Assembly (NCBI GenBank): GCA_043228905.1
Contig: JBHGNT010000007.1
Coordinates: 14,322,001-14,386,000, forward strand
Direction of reading: 5' to 3'
Source of the DNA: Azolla caroliniana
Taxonomy: Eukaryota; Plantae; Polypodiophyta
Length of the DNA stretch: 64,000 nucleotides
Positions 61,205 to 64,000 of the stretch are shown here, piece by piece. Within the stretch, counting starts at the first letter, position 1; each line of letters starts with the position of its first letter. The notes under the pieces were generated by a model that made no database searches, was not told where the DNA came from, and saw nothing but the letters and a program-made list of their open reading frames with translations. A program made the translations under genes and the position numbers.

Positions 61205-64000
61205 TGTCGTGAAGATCCATCACTACGTGCGGATCGTGAGGCGGAATTGTCGGGGTCCTGGACCGTAAGGATTTGAAGTTTGCAATAGCTTTAGTGAGAA
61301 AGGATTTAAGAGAGATTGAGAGAGAGAGATTGAGATTAAGATTCCAATTTTGAAACAGTTTGAGATTAAGCTTCCAATTTTGAAACAGATTGAGAAAGAT
61401 TGAAATGGAGAGAGAGATTAAGATTGAACTCTTGACGTTAGTTTTGAAGAACAAGATATATCATCAATTGGATAACGAATTTTTTTCTTATTAAATTCTT
61501 GATTCATCCCTCGCTCCCCTTTGATCTTTTCCATCCACTCTTTTATAGATGCCCCCATGCATATGATGCATGTGAGGGTACAAGACATGCATACAATGCA
61601 TGGAATGCATGTGATGCATGTTTGCCAGCTGGCGCTCATGCATTACATGTGATGCATTCTAACCATGTCACTCATTCAAGCTCTAATATTAGAATTTACA
61701 TGTGAAAGTATAATGATAGAAAAAATATTTTTAGAGAAATGACTTGGCTTAGTGATAAGTTTATTGCCTCCTATCTTGGAGGTGCAAGGTTCAAGCCTTG
61801 CTTCGATCCCTTTGTATACAAAATTTACTAGGTTTTTTTAGTCTAGATGATTTTGTTCGTTTCACACCGAAATCGTCGTGATCAACCTATCCGATCGATC
61901 TATCTACCTGGTCCATCCGGTCTGCATCCCCGTCTGGTGCTGGTGTTGGTCCTAGTTCGGTTGCCGTCCTTGTCTGGTTCCGGCTCCGTCATTGTCTGTC
62001 TGTTCTGGTTCCAGTTCTGTCGCCGTCCGTCCAGTTCCGGTCCTCTAAAACCATTGCGAGTAGTTAAGCCACAATTTAGCCCAAGAACATTCTATGCTCC
62101 ACATATAGACAAAAAGTGATAAGTTTTGGCTCTGCTTATATACTGTGGGATCCTAACTTGTCCTATCTATGTGGGATATCTCATAGTTTTGTTTTTCTCT
62201 TCTTCTTCTCAAACTTCACATTCACATAACTTGACATTTAGTTGTCCGTTTCAAATGTAGTAAAGTACATTTGGAAGCTCTTGAAGACCTCTATCTTCCC
62301 GTACCAAGATATTAAGCTAATCTAAAATAGTATCTTCACTATTATTGTTTTATGTCTTGTGTGAAGAACCACACTCGATTTTGTACATTCCATGCAATTT
62401 TCACACCGTTGCCGAAAATCTTCACGACATCCACCCCCACCAAACCACACGTCCTCCGGTATGTGCCAAGAAGAGAGATTGTGAGATTTTAGCTACGGTG
62501 ATTAATCAGATTCCTCCATGTCCTTGTTCACATAACTCAAGTCTGTAGGTTCAGTCCTACTATCTTCATCGTCGAGGTGATTGAGGTCAAGATCCTCGTC
62601 TTGTCTTTTCTTGAAAATCTTTACTTTTTTCCCCACAATGGGTATATGGCCAACCTTGATCCGTCTAGCTTCGCAAGGTGGTATGTGGCATTGTTGTTCA
62701 CACTTGTCACCACATATGGTCCGAACAATCTTCTTGCGAACTTTCTTGTTGTCCTGTGTTGATTGTCAAGGCTCTTGTCGTAGACCAATACCCAATCTCC
62801 TTCTTCAATCTTCTTGGGACGCAGTCGATGTGTCTTATTGAACCGAATCTTGTTCTTCACTCGAGCTGCCTCCATCATCTTTCGTGCTTTTTCTAGATAT
62901 TCAGGCCTTCTTTCTAGCTGCCTTATCCGTGCCGCCAATAATTCTTCGTGGCTCATCTCATTCTGCCATGGTATCGCTACCCATGAGGTGATCGTCCTTT
63001 CGATGGGCATTATCGGCTTCTATCCATACATAAGCTCTATTGGCATATACCTTGTCACTGAACTGTGTGTAGTTCTATCGGCCCACAAGGCATAGGGCAA
63101 TAGTTGTGGCCAGTTCCCGATGGCTTTGATGATTGCTCCATGCCCTCATTCGATCTTCCCATTCGTTTCTGGATTGTAGGCAGTCGTGAGGGAGAGCTTC
63201 ACCCCTAGTTGATCAAAGAGCTCTGTTGCTTCATGTGCATCCAACTCCCCTCGATCAGCCACTATCTTTCCCACACATCCATATCGACAAACAACCTCTT
63301 CGAGTAGAAATTTGCAAACAACTAACGTCGTCTTATTTGCCAAGGCCCGTCCTTCCACTTGATTTGCCAGGTCTTCTCTTGCCAGTACTAAGTACTTCAT
63401 TTGCCCCACTCCCATTGGCATTGAGACCAGATCCACCATCCATTTGAAGTGTATGGTGAGCGGGTATGTCGGCCGGAACTCATCATGATGACGTATGTTC
63501 GAATGTACTTGGCAAATTTTGCATGTGGACACAAAATGGAGTACATCTTTGTACATGCTTGGCCACCAGTACTTTTCCTTCAACTTTTCGAACGTCGCCC
63601 ATGTTCCTCTATGACCCGCCCAAGGACTCTCGTGGAATTTGGTCATCAGTGTCACTTGCTCTTCTTTCTTCACCACCACTCGACGTGGTATTCCTGTCCT
63701 TCTTTTTGGGTGTCGCCAGAGGAATCCTCCCTTTAGGAAGTATTGGTAAGCTTTCTTCCGGATTCGTAGAGCCTCCTCTTTTGTCAACGAAGTATCCGTC
63801 GTCATTGTTCTTAAGAATCTACCGATCAGTAACCACTCTCCTTTGTACTCATCCTCATTGAAGGCGTGGAGGGTTAGCGCATCCTTGTCTTCCGCCGATT
63901 GTTGGGCCATCTTGAAGAAGTCGAGGGTGACGTTTTCATCTTCCGAAACCATGCCACTTTCATTCTCAAATCTTGCCCTCGACAGCATGTCAACCAGGGC
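61205..64000 (-). mobile_element. L-family Gypsy with pol: 3' LTR 61205-62429, PPT, integrase; continues beyond the window
   Basis: LTR with terminal inverted repeat TGTCGTGAAGAT...ATCTTCACGACA, PPT at 62430-62441. Integrase HHCC (HESPWAGHRG...CKICQ), core and GPY motif at 62621-63988. Confidence 0.9.
61745..61803 (+). other. tRNA-like segment in L LTR
   Basis: TGGCTTAGTGATAAG, then GAGGT-GCAAGG-TTCAAG-CCTTGC. Confidence 0.6.

Noticed and set aside
9253-61803. Calling the tRNA-like segments true tRNA genes
   Set aside because: No convincing acceptor or anticodon stems were found, and all lie within LTRs.

Overview
Eukaryotic, almost certainly land-plant, nuclear DNA. The PLS-class PPR gene and the retroelement lineages suggest a seed-free plant such as a fern (inference). 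About 85-90% of the window is a nested stack of transposable elements, and many junctions resolve by eye from LTR ends, primer-binding sites (PBS), polypurine tracts (PPT) and target-site duplications (TSD). Copia: four elements or LTRs with matching TSDs (A, B, C, E), one of which (B, 9605-14979) is intact and very recent, plus a truncated element and a solo LTR. Gypsy: two copies of a non-chromovirus family (one full length with an extra 3' ORF), a chromovirus-like fragment, and five copies of a long-LTR family called L here (TGTCGTGAAG...CTTCACGACA ends, tRNA-Trp-like PBS). DNA elements and LINEs: two hAT-type MITEs, a LINE fragment, and a decayed Sola-like DDD transposon with a convergent spliced accessory gene that encloses a 1.5-kb palindromic TAGCTAATTAGCTA array. 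The only clear host gene is an E+ PPR gene (57007-58761, minus). The most novel signal is a recurring tRNA-like (Pol III A-box/B-box) module inside LTRs of at least two Gypsy lineages, usually antisense in U3. Two independent Copia insertions lie within about 25 bp of each other at that module. All coordinates and comparisons were made by eye, with no database searches.
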